Shown: positions 1 through 13,446, numbered from the stretch's first letter. The stretch: 64,000 nucleotides of DNA from Octopus bimaculoides (GCF_001194135.2 NC_069002.1:36017019-36081018); one strand, 5' to 3'. A program made the numbers and translations. Notes: generated by a model from the sequence alone, not told the origin.

Positions 1-129
<129 letters not shown>

Positions 130-734
130 TTATATATATATACATGTATTTAGGTTGCACATACATATCGTCTGCGTGTACATACAAATGTGTTTTCGTG
201 AATAAGTGTGTAATTGTGTGTGCAGGTATGTTAGCATATATTTGTGTAATTACATGCAGAAAGAAAAAAACATACACATAAACGCATTAAAATTTTTCTA
301 GATTTTAATTATTTCCGACTTGATATATAGGAAATGATGGAAATCATTAAGAATTTATAAATGGAAAATGAGAAGATATAAAACTCCATTTTCAAGGAAG
401 TCTGTTTGTCGTCACGTAAAGACAATATCTACTTGAAATATTATCATTTTGTCTTTATAAAAACATGATTGCACAATCGCAGACTTTCGACTTCCATTAG
501 ACAGGGAATGGGTGTAATAAATAACACAATTCTTGCAAAATAGTCATTTTACGTATCCAATTCTGAATGTTTCATACATACATACATACATACATACACG
601 CATGCATATATTCGTACATGCATAATATATGCATATACACACATATATGGAGAGATAGATAGAAATAAAAATGCATATATGAATATGTATACATATGTGT
701 ATGCATGTACGTACGATACATCCATGTATGTATA

Positions 735-788
<54 letters not shown>

Positions 789-929
789 TTATGAATTTGT
801 GTTGTAAGATTCCTGATGTAAAACCGTGTGTTGAAGCAGATATTGTTATTTTGTGGGGATAGTCATTTTTTTTCTTGCCAAACAAACACACGCATTCTAA
901 ATTCGTTCTTCACTCGTTTATTACTGTTC

Positions 930-1120
930 TTATTTTAACTCGTGTCCATTGTCCGGAAATCTTTCGTCACAGATCTGAGACCTTTTCAGCGACACTTTCT
1001 GTCCTTGTGTGTGCCTCTTCTCCACTTAGTCCATTCTGTCAGAATGGACGGAAAGTGTCATTGAAGAGGCCACACATGGGCGACGAAAGATTTCCGGACA
1101 GTGGACATGAGTTAGAATAA
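930..1120. repeat. Inverted-repeat element with 39-bp arms
   Basis: Arms 930-968 and 1082-1120 have 3 mismatches, and there are additional internal complementary blocks. Confidence 0.85.
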
Positions 1121-1190
1121 GGAGAGTAAAAACCGAGAGCTCTTATTTCTAGCAATGTAGGTGAGTCTAACACCCTAGTCACTTTTTACT

Positions 1191-1418
1191 CTTTTACTTG
1201 TTTTAATCATTTGACTGTGACCATGCTGGAGCACCGCCTTTGGTCGAGCAAATCGACCCCAGGACTTATTCTTTGTAAGCCTAGTACTTATTCTATCGGT
1301 TTCTTTTGACGAATCGCTACGTTACGGGGACGTAAACACACCAGCATCGGTTGTCAAGCGATGTTAGTCGGGGGGACAAACACAGACACACAAACACACA
1401 CACACACACACACACACA
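1191..1418 (-). mobile_element. Family-B SINE 3' half running into (CA)n and a gap
   Basis: It reads CTTTTACTTG...CCATGCTGGAGCACCGCC...GTCGAGCAAATCGACCCCAGGAC...ACGTAAACACACCAGC. Confidence 0.85.
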
Positions 1419-1581
1419 NNNNNNNNNNNNNNNNNNNNNNNNNNNNNNNNNNNNNNNNNNNNNNNNNNNNNNNNNNNNNNNNNNNNNNNNNNNNNNNNNN
1501 NNNNNNNNNNNNNNNNNNNNNNNNNNNNNNNNNNNNNNNNNNNNNNNNNNNNNNNNNNNNNNNNNNNNNNNNNNNNNNNNN

Positions 1582-1654
<73 letters not shown>

Positions 1655-2114
1655 ATCTATATAGATACACATATATATGTATATTTACATACATACACAC
1701 ACATACATACCGTGGCACACTCACTCACACACGCACACACACACACATAAGTATGTATAGTGTTAAACATACTGTAAGCGTAGGCGGATGATCATCGCCA
1801 AAGACATGAATAAGCGTGTTAGTGAAGCAGAATCACTCTTCGCCAGGTGATTGAGTGACGCATTTGTAGCCAAGAGCCACGAATATGACAAAATAAATAA
1901 CGTGTTAATGACATGTAAGCTATCGTGTAGACATATCTATTTACATTTTGGAGTCCAGGCAAATCATTAATTTCAGATACACCGCAGAGCGACATATGGC
2001 ATATGGATATCTGCAAACTCAGTCACTTTACCTGAACTCTTTTAAGGACGTTGCTCAATTATATACCAGTAATTATTTGGGGGACTGATGTTTATTGCTT
2101 CTTTTATCTTTCAT

Positions 2115-2325
2115 CTTTTACTTGTTTCTGCGGCCATGCTGGAGTACCGCTTTGAAGAATTGTTTTTTAGTCGAAAACAAACGACCACAGTCCTTTTTGT
2201 TTTTTCTTTATGCTAGGCACTTATTCTATCAATCACTTTTTGCCGAACCGCTAGATTTGGAGACGTAAACACTCCAGCACAGGTTTTCAAGCGGTGGTGG
2301 GGGTGAAAGACACAGATACAAAGAC
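2115..2325 (-). mobile_element. Family-B SINE 3' half
   Basis: It aligns with 1191-1400. Confidence 0.8.
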
Positions 2326-2442
2326 ACGCATACTCACATACACATGAATACACACACTTGTACGTATAACATAAATACAAACCTATATACATACATACAT
2401 AATACTTACATACACACATACATACATACATACATACATACA

Positions 2443-2475
<33 letters not shown>

Positions 2476-2734
2476 GCATACACACATACACACAGACACA
2501 AACATATGCATACACTCACTCATACACACACAAACACACTCACACACATACATACATAAGAAAAGAAATTGCAACTGTGGAAAAAATGCGGCAATCAAAG
2601 AGGCTTGAAGTTAATATGGTATAATTCTAGTAACCAGGAAGGCAGACTGTAAGCCACACTTTTAAGGAAAATGCAGCTGTTCGATGTGTAGAAATGGTGG
2701 TGGTAAAAATTCCATACAAGCTACCTTGTAAAAA

Positions 2735-3450
2735 AATATACCTTGCTATGCGGGCAGCTTTAACACAACTTTTGCATGTTAGTTTCTATGGTGGTATCGA
2801 TGTTAAATATGGTTTTCATATTACATTTTTTCTTTAATTTTCGGGTTTTTATTGGTTTGATAGTCTTGTCAATCTTAAGGCTTTTTAAACATTCTATGTC
2901 AGACCTAAGTGGCTTAATTTGGTGCTGAATACGCTCTTGCCAAGAAGGCATTTAGTGAGAATCTTGTCGTTTTCTAATCTTTTCACCACATAGAATCGTT
3001 GAGATTTTCGCAGATGCGTAGTACAGGTGGTTGAGATCTGTTATATCAACATCATTAGCTGTAATTATATCCTTAAGTGCAAGTCGGATTTTACCAATTA
3101 CTTTCTGGTTTTGGTCAGAAATGCGAATTTTTGGGAGAGTGTCGCTTTCATTCATACTGGTTTCTTTAATTTTCAGCCATTCAATCATGATTTGATTTTT
3201 TAGATCATTTAGTTTAGTTGAGTCAATTTCTGTGTGACTTTCTTCATCTATTTGATTTTCATCTGCCTTAGTTTTTATGGTTTGTTCAGAGACTATTTCA
3301 CTTTGCTTATCAGTTGTATTAACTCTTTCAATCATTACTACATTTTCATCAGCCCTGGGCTGGTCTATAATTATTTCCTCTGTAGTATCTTCTTTAGCTG
3401 CAGTTTCGTGGCTGTGATAAAAGATACTTGTTCAAAGTGCTGCTGCAGAG
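2735..3450 (-). mobile_element. Degenerate R4/Dong-clade non-LTR retrotransposon ORF fragment (region upstream of RT)
   Basis: Two in-frame ORFs are separated by one stop: ...DITDLNHLYYASAKI...*MPSWQERIQHQIKPLRSDI...KLKKK...QKL, then VKAARIARY after a frameshift. This matches the PxWxxRLxxxIxxLRxD...KQKLxAKAARIRRY pattern of R4/Dong proteins. Confidence 0.8.
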
Positions 3451-4495
3451 AAATCGAATCGGTCGCGTAGTTATGATGTGAAATTCCTAACCATACAGCC
3501 ATTCACAATTATAGATTTTATTATTAAATTCATTTTGACATAACCAAAGCAAGAATTTAGAATTAATACCATAACTCACAAGCTAGACACGTAACACAAA
3601 TATATTTACCAATATCAAAACAATTCAATGAAAACAAATACTTAAATGTTGTTTTTCTTTTTCTTTTCTTTTTTTTTTTCTTGTTTCATTAAATTTAAAA
3701 ACTTTTTCAGCTAAACTGGGGATTCGAATAAAATGATAAAAATACTTTATCAGAATAACACTCTGTGAGACTATTTCATATTTTACGTTCTGTTTATTGC
3801 GGTGGAGCATAGCCTAGCGGATAGGATGTTGTGTTCATGATCTTCAGGATGTGGTTTCGATTTTTACCAAAACCGAAAAGACAAGCAACACAGTGCAACA
3901 CGGGGCAACACGATGAAGAAGTCAGCTCTGAGACAAAAGATACTCTGATATTAAATGTCATGTCAGAATAGGACCAGTTATCTTGCAATTTTCCTCACTA
4001 GAACCTACTATGGTAACTGAGAAATTGACAAAAGCATCATGCAATCTTTCGTCACTTAAATTCAATGACCTACAAATGTCTCACTCTCATTTCATTTCTT
4101 GATCCGTTTTATATTTTATGAAGTCCTATGGCGATAAATGTGTGGCGTGAAAAGTGATTTCTGCGCACATACAAAGATGAAAGGAACTCTGCATAATCAG
4201 ACGGAACGTGAATCACCAAGAATCTGAAAAGATGAGGCAATCATCTTGTATGTGTTTATGTATGTCATTATTCGGTTTTATTTCAAAATTTCTTGCCAAT
4301 AAAGATCCAGTTTCCAACCAAGATCCAAAGTCCCTTCATTGGAATTTCAACATCAACAAGGTATTTTTGTATGTATGTATGTATGTATACGTACAGATTC
4401 GTATGTTTTTTTATGTATGTATGTATGTATGTGTGTATTATGTATGCATGTATGTAGGTATGTATGTACGTGTGTATGCAAGTATATATGTATGC

Positions 4496-4575
<80 letters not shown>

Positions 4576-4585
4576 NNNNNNNNNN

Positions 4586-4619
<34 letters not shown>

Positions 4620-5466
4620 TGTCTGTTTGTCTGTGTGTGTGCGTACACGCGTATATAATCAATGTAATGTTCTCCCGTGGTTTCGCCAATAAAAGTTTGC
4701 TTCGATCAATTAAAACGGTTTGCTTCTCATTGCAGTAACGTTTAAGTGGTTTTATGTTCCACGTCCACGCGTAAACTGAACGTAATTTCCATCAGACTCA
4801 GCATCATATACTCTGTGACACGATTGTACCTTTCAAAATTCATCTGTCACGAATTCGACCTTTTTTTCTGTATTAATTTTCCTCTACCTAATGTCACTCA
4901 CAAGCTGTAGATCCACCCACAGCTACAGGAATGTACATTTGCCAAAATGCCACGCTCTAAGGATTCTGCCAGCTCATCTCCTTAGGTTTTTCATTTAGGC
5001 AAAAGGCCAACATTTTTGAGGATAAGGTGATAGTGGAAACCATCAGCCCAATACCTGACTAAAACAGCCAAAACATCTAGAAATTTCCAGTCGTTGTTAG
5101 TCAAATTGTACAGAGTCCACTGGCTGAAATTGACAATATGATCACTTGGCGACCGTTAGGATTTCAAATGTGTGATAAAACCTGCTTTCCTGTCGTCAGA
5201 TATAGAAAGGAAATACTAGATTAAAGTAACGAGCATGCGAAGTGAACCCGAAACCAGCGCTTACATAACTACGCTCTTAAGCACGGAGTTGTCTTCGGTT
5301 GACGTATTTGAAATTGAATCCTTTATTATCCACTCATCGATCATCCGGGAAAATTCGTTACGTTACTCATGAACTGGCAGGTCAAGAGGAATATATCTCT
5401 GCCAGCATCAAAAATACACGCATACATGTATACATACGCACAAACACATACATATGTGTATATGTT

Positions 5467-5506
<40 letters not shown>

Positions 5507-5681
5507 NNNNNNNNNNATATACACACACATACACAAGGACACACACACACACTCACATACGCAAGCACAATCTCTCTCTACATATTTACACCATAATATA
5601 AATATACATCTTATATACAAATAACATACACAATATATATATATATATATATATACATACATGTGTGTGTGTGTGTGTGTT

Positions 5682-5735
<54 letters not shown>

Positions 5736-5960
5736 CATATATATGCGTATATATATATGTTTATGTTTCTCTTATTCTCTCTCTCACACACACATACAAA
5801 GACACAGAGAGACACACACACGCATACACACACTGTCCATAAATTATCTTTATAACTTCCATAGTTAATTGTATGTAATAAAGTTGGGACCCATCAATCA
5901 ATTGTTTTAATATTTCGTTTGTCTTTAAAAGGTTATCATTACCCCTGACTTTTAACGAAA

Positions 5961-6480
5961 GTCACAACGCAAGAGAAAGCGCAATGTGCATCTTGGTTCA
6001 TAGAGACCACATTAGACACTCAAGTCCAGCGAAATTACCGTACAAAGTATGTGTTAACATCCGCACATGTCATAAAATGTTTATGAAAACAAGAAGAGTC
6101 CTACAGAAAACAGGCGCTGGGTGAGCAAGGACATCTGTGGAAGAACTGCGAATTTGAGCAGGATTTCATCGTAGTCATACTTAGTCCATTTGTAATGCAA
6201 GTTGACAGGTAAGTTTACCACGTTCACAACATTTTTCACAAGAAACTGAGGCTTTATGCTTTGAAAGTGTAACGTTTGCAAGCATTTCAAGCAAATGACA
6301 AACACCAAATTTGATCTGAATATGTTACCGCGATTAGATTCAGATGACGGCTTCCTTCGGAAGAGATTTCTTTTCAGTGATGGAGCAGCAATTATCAGGA
6401 ATGATAAATACGCGCAACATCAGGAACTGGGGTTCCAAAACACCACACGAAACTAGAGGACTGGAGAGAAACAACCCATG
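5961..6480 (+). mobile_element. Degenerate Tc1/mariner-superfamily transposase (Tc3/DD37D-like), N-terminal half
   Basis: Frameshifted translation gives QEKAQCASWFIET..QVQRNYRTKY / VHNIFHKKLRLYALKV / DDGFLRKRFLFSDGAA / LSGMINTRNIRNWGSKTPHETRGLERNNP. These correspond to the HTH region and the FSDEATFHLSGxVNxxNxRxWGSENPH motif. Confidence 0.85.
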
Positions 6481-6565
6481 TGTATGTATACATGCATGCA
6501 AACATGCATGCATGTGTGTATGTATGTATGTATGTATGTATGTATGTATGTATGTATGTATGTAT

Positions 6566-6680
6566 GAAAGAAGAAGAAGAAGAAGAAGAAGAAGAAGAAG
6601 AAGAAGAAGAAGAAGAAGAAGAAGAAGAAGAAGAAGAAGAAGAAGAAGAAGAAGAAGAAGAAGAAGAAGAAGAAGAAGAA
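6566..6680 (+). repeat. (GAA)n microsatellite
   Basis: It is a perfect trinucleotide run and the source of the poly-E/R/K/S/F ORFs in the track. Confidence 0.98.
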
Positions 6681-6882
6681 GGAAATTGGAATATAGTGCG
6701 CAGTAACACTATTACGAAAGTTTTGCCTCCTCGGCACGGCCAGAATAATCAGGAAAGTATTAGTTAGCTGAAAAGTACGACGAATAGCAATGGTACCATA
6801 AGCTGCAGATAGTAAGCCCGGTACACACGCAAGACTCCAGGAGCTCCAACAAACCTGTGATAAATAGAACATAATAATAACA

Positions 6883-6945
<63 letters not shown>
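6681..6945 (+). mobile_element. 3' end of an R4/Dong LINE with (TAA)n tail
   Basis: One frame reads LRKFCLLGTARIIRKVLVS*, the typical C-terminus of RLE-type LINEs (LQKxxLLGTARILRKVL). A short 3' UTR and an (AAT)n run follow. Confidence 0.8.
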
Positions 6946-7483
6946 TAAATAACAATAAACGAAATGAAACTAAGTTTAGATAAAGATTGAAATTTTTGCA
7001 ACAATAGTTAACTGCAGTACCAACGTCTCGGTTTATTATATAATACAGCGATTGATTTAACTGTAGGCGAAAATTTCTTTAATTTCCGTCTAATCTTTTA
7101 TTTTTCTTATTTTTGGTTATATAACTTGTTTCTATTTAGAAATCTCTCGGGAAATACCTTTTGAAGCAATTTCTAAATTTCTAAATCTGTATNNNNNNNN
7201 NNNNNNNNNNNNNNNNNNNNNNNNNNNNNNNNNNNNNNNNNNNNNNNNNNNNNNNNNNNNNNNNNNNNNNNNNNNNNNNNNNNNNNNNNNNNNNNNNNNN
7301 NNNNNNNNNNNNNNNNNNNNNNNNNNNNNNNNNNNNNNNNNNNNNNNNNNNNNNNNNNNNNNNNNNNNNNNNNNNNNNNNNNNNNNNNNNNNNNNNNNNN
7401 NNNNNNNNNNNNNNNNNNNNNNNNNNNNNNNNNNNNNNNNNNNNNNNNNNNNNNNNNNNNNNNNNNATATATAATGGCATTTC

Positions 7484-7719
7484 TATATAAGCTTAAAGCT
7501 TATGGTGATCACAGTGCAATGACTAAGGAAAATAATATAATAAAGGGGCATATAAGCCCTCGACAGAATAAAGAAGAGTTTGCTATCCGCGTGGAATAGG
7601 AAAGCCTTCGACGCGGATAGGAAAGCTTTCTTTATTCTGTGGAGGGCTTATATGCCCCTTTATTATACTATTTTCTTTAGTCATTGCACGGTGATCGCCA
7701 TAAGCTTTAATCTTATATA
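7484..7719. repeat. Near-perfect 236-bp palindrome (fold-back MITE)
   Basis: Arms 7484-7575 and 7628-7719 are reverse complements with 6 mismatches in 92 bp. An inner 10-bp stem CTATCCGCGT/ACGCGGATAG is perfect. Confidence 0.9.
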
Positions 7720-8107
7720 AAAATACGATTATCATTATTTACATGATTGTAAATTCGGTGCCGTATAAAAAATCATTCGCACCGAAAGCCAGACCGTTAT
7801 TTAAATAACGATTAAATCAAGTGGTAGCATGGAGAGAAAAAAACCTTATAGGCTATAATTATTATTAAAATTATAAATAAGGGTATGTAAGAGATACCAC
7901 CATGCTTGAAATAGCAGTGAAAACCTGACTCTAAAACCACATCATGTATCCAGTACAGAACAAGATGAAAAGACAAATAGATAAATAAACGAGTAAAACA
8001 ATAGATAATTCCAGATCCTGGTTGTCTGGTTCTGTATAAAAATACTCTGCCTTCGTCAATGAAATATACTAAGAACTATACATAATTTAGTTAACCGTCC
8101 AAACACC

Positions 8108-8224
<117 letters not shown>

Positions 8225-8702
8225 AACGTAGTTTAAGAAAAATCCATTCATATTTTCCATTAAGAATAATAACTTCGAAAATAGCCGTTTTCCGTGCTTA
8301 CACCTTTGTTTTGCAACATGTTACTGTTGCAATGAAAATATCTAGTGTTTTCTTTTTACGTGAATAAATGGAAACGAATATTAAATGAAATTCTGAACAT
8401 TTTCTATTTTGCGATCTATTACATCCTGATGTGTTTTGGGAAGTATTTGTGCTTGTATATTATCACGCTATTTCTCTTATATCATTCGTGTTGATCAATA
8501 GCACACTGTATCTCGAAGCTTCGGTTTCCAAAATAAATGATACAGACACGCTTTCATTATGTCTCCAACAACGAAGACGCCACCCTTTCTATTTGGACTT
8601 CGCTGGATCGAATCCGCTCTCGGTGCCGTTAGTAACCCGACATCTTAATATTTGTACTATGAGTCAATTCATCGCATTAATATTTATATTATCGAGAAGC
8701 GG

Positions 8703-9102
8703 AGGGCAATGAGCTGGCAAGGTCGTTAGTGCGCCGGGCAAAATGCATAGCAGTATTTCGTCCGTCTGCGTTGAGTTTAAATTCAGCTGAGGTCGACTTT
8801 GTCTTTCGTCCTTTTTGGATCGATAAAATAAGTACCACTTGAGCACTTTCCCCCTCCTCCGAAATTGCTGGCCTTGTGTCGAAATTTGAAGCTAATATTA
8901 ATATTATCAAAGGCGGAGAGCTGACTGAATTGTGACCAGGTCGGACAAAATGCTTCACGGCGTTTTGTCCTTTTTTGAGTTCTGAGTTCAAATTCCTTTC
9001 GCGGTCGATAAAATAAGTAACAGCCAAGCACTGGGGTCGATGTAATCGATCGATCCCCTCACCCGGAATTGCTGGCCATGTGCCAAATTTTGAAATCAAT
9101 AT
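8703..9102 (+). mobile_element. Two tandem family-A SINEs
   Basis: Two consecutive degenerate copies (about 8703-8895 and 8910-9102) share the GAGCTGGC head, GATAAAATAAGTA and GCTGGCC-TGTG-C-AAATTTGAA tail. Confidence 0.8.
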
Positions 9103-10125
9103 TTGTTTTATCAGTTAATATTGCCTCAATGTGAGACAGTGAAGTGCGTTACTTTAGCGAGAAGTGTTATGTAATTCAGTTCTTAAATTGAATAATTTTC
9201 ATCACATGTAAATGATTAATCTAAAAGTGTGATTCAGATGAAAATTATTGAATTTCGAAAGTGATTAGATTAAAAAATATTTGATTGAAATCTAATGTTC
9301 AATTCAAAATCATGCAATTCTGAATTCTATCCTACTTTATGATATCTGAAAGAAATATTTTCTACTGTAATGCTGGAACAACTTCACTGCTATGAATAAA
9401 ATTGGATTGAGAGGAACTGCGACACCTTTTCAGATGATTGCACCTATTTTAGAGTGGTAGGCTGATTTGGATACGCACGGTGAATGCACTAAGCAATATG
9501 AATTTTAATGTGAACGTCGACATCAGTTCAGCCCAAACGCCGTGCTGTTTCGGTTGCCATTTGGAGAACAAAGTGGAGGACAAATTTCCGTACATAGGGC
9601 AAGCAGTCTTTTAATGCAGATTTCGGCTACTTTCATGTTATTAAGTGGGGATTATTAAGGCTACTATTTCAGCGAGTATTAAAGGTATTAGGAAATTGAA
9701 TATTGATAACAAATAAGGTATCTGCTATATACACATAACTTATGTATGATGTTTTATATATTTTTATATCTAGAGTTCTCAACTGGTTTAAAAAAGCAAA
9801 AGCTTTTCAGAAATACCTACACAAACGCAGACATATGTCACACATATATACATAATATATGCAACCCTCTCACTCTATGTATGTATCTGCCTGACAATCT
9901 GTATATATGAAACTGTTACTTTACACATACAGACATAAACATTTGCTCTCTATTTTATAGGGTATGCTCTTTTTCTGATTTATGATCTTATAACGAAGTT
10001 TCTTTGCTCCCCGCCGGTCACAAAGTGTATGATAACAGACCGCTATCAGGTCCATTTCTCACAACTCCACCGCCGGTTGGGCGCTTCTGCATAACCATAA
10101 AATATCTGTAATATTCTTCGCATTA

Positions 10126-11125
10126 ATGGATTTACACAGCACCGGATATTCCTTTAAAAATATTCCTACACCATCAAATGAACTGTACAAAAGAATGCTA
10201 CTTCGAAAGATATTATAAGACGCATGACGTGGAAAGCTTTTTTCTTCGACCAAGTTGCACCACATTCGGACAAAGACCGCTTTAACATCAGGTCTAGAAG
10301 ATTCCTATCCAAGATCAAAGAACTCGAAGCTTTCGAAACAGACTTGCTGGGTATTATACCAAACCTTAGATTCCGTAAGTCCTCATTCACCTTTTAACGT
10401 AGATTTAGATCCGATATACACCTCCTTAAGAATACAGATAGAACCCTACTATTCTCAGATAAGACAAATAACTATTATAAGATATATAATGACCTCTACA
10501 ACAGGCTCTTAGAGAACAACATCACACAAAAATATAGACGGGCCGCACCACACGCCTATGATCGCATCAATAATGAGGCTAAACGAATAGCTACCGACCT
10601 AGGCATCACCGACATAGTAGAAATACTAGCTTAACGTAATGCTTTTATAACTATCGAAGATCACGAACCGAACTTCGCTTCCAACCCTAAGTGCCGCTTG
10701 ATTAACCCTGCCAAATCCAAAATCGGACTGTTGAGTAAACCCATGCTAAGAAGGATTAATAAAGACACAAGGAAGGCGTCTAATTTCTCTTTATGGCGTA
10801 AAACAATCGAGGTGTTACATTGGTTTGAGGCCAAACGAAGCACTTTTAGAGTTAAGTTCATACAATTCGATATAGTAGACTTTTATCCATTGATATGTTA
10901 CTTGATAGGGCATTAGTATATGCTAGACGAATTACCAACATAAGCGATGGAGAAATAGATATAATTATGCACGCTAGGAAAACGCTGCGGTTCAACCAGG
11001 ATTCGAACTGGGTCAAACGAACTGACCCTGAAGGCTCCTTCGACGTCGTGACGGGGTCATATGACAACGCTGATATTTGTGACCTTATATGGTTTTACAT
11101 TCTGGACACCCTGGGTAATTTGGTT
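10126..11125 (+). mobile_element. Penelope-like retroelement (Naiad-type) ORF, N-terminus to RT motifs, with stops and frameshifts
   Basis: Recognisable blocks are GYSFKNIPTPS, RRMTWKAFFF, KCRLINPAKSKIG, FIQFDIVDFYP, DIIMHARKTL and FDVVTGSYDNADICDLI (compare FDVTMGSYDGAEICELVG). The fragment ends before the YxDD motif. Confidence 0.85.
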
Positions 11126-11889
11126 AATACTAGGGATGAAAAAGTTTGCTCATGTAAACACATGACGAAATTCCTATTCATCAATCTTAAATAATTCTTC
11201 CTTTTGACAGATGAAGTGCAGCTAAGCAGTGTGTTTAGCATGCTGACGATCCTACCAGCTCGCTGCCTTATTGTTTTCAAATCTTTAAACGATATTTGAA
11301 TATTAAATACATTTTAAAATGCCTCCAAATTTTAAAAAAAGGAAGAAGAAAATGAACCGAAATTCAGTATTTATTGAGATTTTCTGGATATGAAGAACAA
11401 AAGGAGAGAGGATTAAAGATGTCGAGTCGATTGAAGATACTGCACCTCGTGTTAATTTATCTTAACAATCCCAAAATAGGGAACACTCCTTGAAATGAAA
11501 CAATAGATGATAAAATTAATATGAGCTAAATGGAAGGAAAGCAGACAGACACAGAAGGCTTTGAAATCAAAACCAAGACAAAAAAACATTCAATATGGTG
11601 TAAGCTTATGCTATAACGTTTCTTCCAAATTAATTATTCCTCGAATATTTAAATAGCCATCCATAATAAAGGATTTAATGAGTTCATGTTTGCAAATGAG
11701 TCAATTAAGAAATAAAACGACCAAAATCAGTTAAAATCTAATTCGTTACTAACAGTTAATTATTTAGAGATCTCCTTGTATATTTATAAGTCATTGGCAG
11801 TATTTGTTTAAGATTTATTGAACAATTAACCAGAAACAGCAATTATTCACTGTGAACGTCTGAGAGTTAAACCTGCTTTATTGAAAGAA

Positions 11890-12140
11890 GAGCAACAATG
11901 ATGTAGTTAGTATTAAACCACGAATGATGTTAGACCAGCGATGATGGATTTAGTTAATGTTAAGCTACCAATAGTGTTTGAAATCAATATTAGACTAAGA
12001 ATGGCCTACTAATTTCGTATTAGACTAATAAGGAAGAATTAACTTTGTGTTAAACCAATAGTAATAGTAGACAAGCAGCAATGATATGTTTAGTTAATAT
12101 TAAACTAACAATGTTTATCAATATTAGACTAACAATAACG
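11890..12140 (+). repeat. Degenerate minisatellite built on TATTARACYA
   Basis: About 8-9 variant motifs occur at irregular spacing of roughly 15-40 bp. Confidence 0.55.
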
Positions 12141-13446
12141 TTTTCATTGAATATCACATTTATAATGATAAAATGATGTGATTATTTTACTAGAAACTAC
12201 TGATTCTGCTTATCGTTGCTTATATATATATATAGAGAGAGATTACTAAAACATGAGAGAGACTGTTCTACTTAAGGGGAGAGAGCTGCTTCAGGATTTA
12301 TATACACAGTTACAGTAAAAAAAAACTTGTTCAGTGTGCCACGCAGTGGAACTGAACCCACAACCATGTAGTTGTGAAGCAGACTACCTACCACACGCCT
12401 TTGCCTATTATATATATATATGAAAGAATAATAGATTAACAAGATGGTCACAAGTGGAACCTATTTTATCACAGATGATAGGTCTGTTCAATCAGTGCAG
12501 AGTCGGAGCTAAATACCAACAATAATGGTAAGAACATGGATCTTTAGCGCAAATATTTCTCTACTGTTTCAGCAACTGTTATTCAAAAATGAAGACGATT
12601 CATTAAACAACGTAGGCGTAGAAAGCAAGAATAACAACAACAGCAGTAACAACAAAATAAAGAAAAAAAAATGTGTGATCAAATCTAGAACATATCTGAT
12701 CATAGGTCTTCTTAATCAACGCCAACCCGGGGCTAAAAAATATTAAAAACACGAAGGGTCTTGACGTAATAGACTCATTTCTTTGTAGTTTCTTTATATC
12801 AACGTTACCGTTAGTAAAAATCATTAGTATGATAACCCGTAAATTTTAGATATTGAAAATTAAGTGTCGTGTCGAGAACTACCATATTAGAGTGGATAAC
12901 TGACTCCTGAGCTCATCTTTAAGGATAGACTGTAATTGGCCTCTCAGAGACTAGCAATTCTCAAGAATTTTCCCAATAGCTATTATCATCAAAGTTTAAA
13001 ACTTTGCTACTAGTGGAGTATATTTATATTGTAAGTCATAACATCTCGTTAAGCAAAAGCGACTGCATTAGTTCTGATGTTAACCATGGAATTAAGGAAC
13101 CATTCGCTAGGAAGATTATCGTTGCTGACACTAACTTATACAGACACATACATAAATGCTAGTGTGTGTGTATGTGTGTGTGCATAATATATGTATTGTA
13201 TGTACTTATATGTATATTTGAATGTATAAACACAGTGTGTTAGTATGCGCATGTATGTGTATATGAGTATATGAAGCCATAAGTATGTATAGACACACAC
13301 ACACGTATATATATACACACACTTATGCATGAAAATGTATTTTTACACATATGCATTTATTAATAATAATATGGTTTATATATATACATATGGAAATATG
13401 CATGTAGGTATACACTCATATATATGCATTAATATAGACATACATA

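Noticed and set aside
1788-2090. Possible two-exon mini-ORF (MIIAKDMNKRVSEAESLFAR/YTAERH...)
   Set aside because: It is phase-consistent but only 56 aa with no recognisable homology, so it cannot be distinguished from chance.
6344-7004. Poly-E/R/S/F/I ORFs
   Set aside because: They are translations of (GAA)n and (AAT)n. The non-repetitive parts are explained by transposase and LINE remnants.
8585-8640. tRNA-like B-box words (also about 3800-3865, 5230-5290 and 29725-29745)
   Set aside because: No cloverleaf can be formed. These are decayed SINE heads, not tRNA genes.
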